Part shown: piece after piece, positions 61,509 through 64,000 of the stretch | Layout of the letters: each line of letters opens with the position of its first letter | Position numbering within the stretch: the stretch's first letter is position 1 | Assembly: GCA_963749655.1 (NCBI GenBank) | Contig: CAVVOB010000038.1 | Location: 118,940 to 182,939, forward strand | DNA length: 64,000 bases | Source of the DNA: Nitrospirota bacterium | GTDB taxonomy: Bacteria > Nitrospirota > UBA9217 | Direction of reading: 5' to 3' | Position numbers and translations under genes: made by a program | Notes under the pieces: generated by a model | What the model was told of the DNA's origin: nothing | What the model saw: only the letters and a program-made list of their open reading frames with translations | Database searches by the model: none

Positions 61509-63179
61509 ATGGCACTAAACGAATACACATCGAAGCGGGAATTCGACAAAACGCCTGAACCGAAGCCCGAGGCCGGGCAGGAAGAGGGTCACCGTCTCCT
61601 CTTCGTGGTCCACAAGCACGCGGCGCGGGCGCTCCACTATGACCTCAGGCTGGAGCTGGAAGGAGTGCTGAAGAGCTGGGCCGTGCCGAAGGGGCCTTCG
61701 CTTGAGCCTTCGTCGCGAAGACTTGCAGTGATGGTCGAGGACCACCCGTTCGAATACAAGGATTTCGAGGGCGTCATTCCGGAGGGCAGCTACGGCGCAG
61801 GAAGCGTGATCATCTGGGACCGGGGACATTATCATCACCCTTCCACGAAAGATGAAAAGGAAAGCGAGAAGCTTCTTCTGGAGGGTTTGAAAAAGGGAGA
61901 CCTGAAGTTCGTGCTCGAAGGCGAAAAGCTCCACGGTGAGTTTGCGCTGGTGAAAATGAGGACTGATGGGAAGTCGTGGCTGCTCCTGAAGAAGAAGGAT
62001 CGAAACGCGGCCGCAGCGGATGTCCTGAAGGAGAACCGCTCGGTCTTGTCTCACAAAACGCTGGAAGAAATGCTCGAAGCTGATGCACCGGCGTCCTTCA
62101 AACAGAGGAAGTCGGCCCAGATACGGTTTCACGAATTGCTGGAAGGCGATGCCCTGAAGGATGCGCCGCTCAAACCGATGCAGCACGGCATAACGCCGAT
62201 GCTCGCGACTGCGGCCAGGGAGCCCTTTGATCATCCCGACTGGATCTTCGAAGTGAAGTGGGACGGGTACCGGGCCGTTGCCGAGGTCCGGGACAGGGCC
62301 GTTGCGCTCTATTCCCGGAATGGGATCTCCTTCGAGCGGAAGTTTGCTCCTGTTGTGGAATCGCTCCGAAAATTCGGCTTCGACGCCGTGCTGGACGGAG
62401 AGATCGTGGTCGTCGACGATCAGGGCCGTCCCGATTTCCAGGCGCTGCAGCATTACCAGGGACCGGCCAGCGGCCATCTGATCTATTATGCTTTCGATCT
62501 TCTTCATTTCGAGGGGCATGATCTGACAGGCCTTCCCCTGGTGAAAAGGAAGGATATCCTGAAAAAAATACTCCCCGTTGATCCGAGGATACGATTCAGC
62601 GATCACGTGACGAAGGAAGGCATCCTGTTCTACCGGGTCTCTGAGGAAAAGGGGCTGGAAGGCGTCATAGCCAAGCATGCACAGAGCCTGTACGAACCGG
62701 GCAGGAGGAGCAAACAGTGGCTGAAAGTGAAGACGCGGCTCACGCAGGAAGGGGTGATCGCCGGTTTTACGGAGCCGGGAGGGGGGAGGAACTATTTCGG
62801 CGCCCTTGTTCTCGGCGCGTTCGAAGGGAACGACCTGATCTTCATCGGTCACGTGGGGACAGGCTTTGCCGGGAAAGATCTGAAGGAACTGCGTGAACGG
62901 CTGGAGCCCCTGATCCGGAAGGACTGCCCCTTTGAGGCTGAGCCCGAGACCAATTCTCCGGTTACCTGGGTCAGACCGGAGCTGGTGTGCGAGGTTGCGT
63001 TTGCCGGCTGGACTGAAGAGGGCAGCATGAGGCAGCCGGTGTTCCTGCGGCTGCGGGACGACAAGGACGCGCGCGACGTGGTGCGGGAAAAAGTCGAGAT
63101 TTCCAATGAGGAAGACGAAGCGCACGACCATAAAGAATTGCCACAGAGCACACAAAGGACACAGAGTAAAAACAGGTAA
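61509..63179 (+). CDS. ligD: LigD phosphoesterase + ATP-dependent ligase
   Basis: HAARALHYDLRLE, SWAVPKGPS, EVKWDGYR, LDGEIV, EGVIAK, WLKVK. Confidence 0.93.
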   Translation: MALNEYTSKREFDKTPEPKPEAGQEEGHRLLFVVHKHAARALHYDLRLELEGVLKSWAVPKGPSLEPSSRRLAVMVEDHPFEYKDFEGVIPEGSYGAGSVIIWDRGHYHHPSTKDEKESEKLLLEGLKKGDLKFVLEGEKLHGEFALVKMRTDGKSWLLLKKKDRNAAAADVLKENRSVLSHKTLEEMLEADAPASFKQRKSAQIRFHELLEGDALKDAPLKPMQHGITPMLATAAREPFDHPDWIFEVKWDGYRAVAEVRDRAVALYSRNGISFERKFAPVVESLRKFGFDAVLDGEIVVVDDQGRPDFQALQHYQGPASGHLIYYAFDLLHFEGHDLTGLPLVKRKDILKKILPVDPRIRFSDHVTKEGILFYRVSEEKGLEGVIAKHAQSLYEPGRRSKQWLKVKTRLTQEGVIAGFTEPGGGRNYFGALVLGAFEGNDLIFIGHVGTGFAGKDLKELRERLEPLIRKDCPFEAEPETNSPVTWVRPELVCEVAFAGWTEEGSMRQPVFLRLRDDKDARDVVREKVEISNEEDEAHDHKELPQSTQRTQSKNR

Positions 63180-63302
63180 AGACAGCTTCGTGTTGAAAAC
63201 TGTAAGCTGTTTTCTCTGTGAGCACGGTTACCTCTGTGGCTAAAAGATTTCCCTATCGGGGTCCGGTTTCCAGATTGAAATCGGGCAAAGGCGGTGAACG
63301 TT

Positions 63303-64000
63303 ATGAACATCTATGTCGGCACGAGCGGGTTTGCGCACAAGGAATGGAAAGGCAAGTTCTACCCTGAAAAGCTCCCGGCAAAGGACATGCTCCGCTACTA
63401 TGCCGGGCGTTTCAATACCGTGGAGATCAACAACACCTTTTATTACATGCCCAAGGAGAGCGTGCTCTCGTCGTGGGCGGAGCAGGTCCCGCCCGATTTC
63501 GTATTCGCGCTCAAGGCGCCCCAGGTCATTACGCACATAAGGCATTTGCGGAACGTGTTCGAGCAGACCGAATACCTTTTCCAATCGCTGTCGACTCTGG
63601 ACGCCAGGCTGGGGCCCGTCCTTTTCCAGTTTCCCAGGAGCTTCCGCGCGGACCGGGCCGCGCTGGAGAATTTTCTTCCCCTGATTCCGGAAACGGCCTT
63701 ATGCGCTTTCGATTTCCGCAGCCCGACGTGGCTTGAGGCGGGAACTCCGGACCTTCTGCGCGAAAAGGGATGCAGCTGGTGCGTCGAGGATTCCGATGAG
63801 AACCCGATACAGGAGATCATCAGTACGGCAGCCTGGGGATACCTGCGCCTCCGCCGCAACGGCTATACGGATGCCGATCTGTCGCAGTGGATGGAGCGCA
63901 TCCTTTCGCAAAAATGGGAGAGGGCCTTCGTATATTTCAAACACGAGGACGAGGCCAGAGGCGCTGAAATGGCGAGGCGGTTTCAGGAACTCGTCGAGTC
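63303..64000 (+). CDS. DUF72 family protein (runs off window end)
   Basis: Manual translation MNIYVGTSGF..W.GKFYP..VEINNTFY..LGPVLFQFP..YLRLR..FVYFKHED. Confidence 0.9.
   Translation, partial: MNIYVGTSGFAHKEWKGKFYPEKLPAKDMLRYYAGRFNTVEINNTFYYMPKESVLSSWAEQVPPDFVFALKAPQVITHIRHLRNVFEQTEYLFQSLSTLDARLGPVLFQFPRSFRADRAALENFLPLIPETALCAFDFRSPTWLEAGTPDLLREKGCSWCVEDSDENPIQEIISTAAWGYLRLRRNGYTDADLSQWMERILSQKWERAFVYFKHEDEARGAEMARRFQELVE

Overview
Bacterial chromosomal window, GC-rich with a lower-GC island at about 15.5-30 kb. Gene content resembles Nitrospirota or Desulfobacterota (inference). From left to right: a small accessory patch with REP-type doublets and an attC remnant; an alternative complex III operon (actA-B1-B2-C-D-E); mltA; a chromosomal integron; a MalT/BTAD regulator; a Lon-like protease; an ExtI porin with an ExtKL-like pentaheme selenoprotein (in-frame UGA); ABC transporters; gap-pgk-tpiA-secG; assorted enzymes; and an NHEJ cluster (two Ku genes, split LigD, DUF72). 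The integron has intI at 30176-31614, divergent Pc/Pint promoters, attI at about 29950 and about 10 minus-strand cassettes with 9 recognisable attC sites. Two observations stand out. (1) Three 1789-bp IS1182-family copies all sit at the GTT of attC core sites, duplicate only GTT and leave the attC hairpin intact, which suggests an attC-targeting DDE insertion sequence. (2) An ORF-less cassette with a GAT core is built largely from reverse complements of its own attC. About ten genes, including intI, carry apparent single-base frameshifts that look like long-read assembly errors, so pseudogene calls are uncertain.
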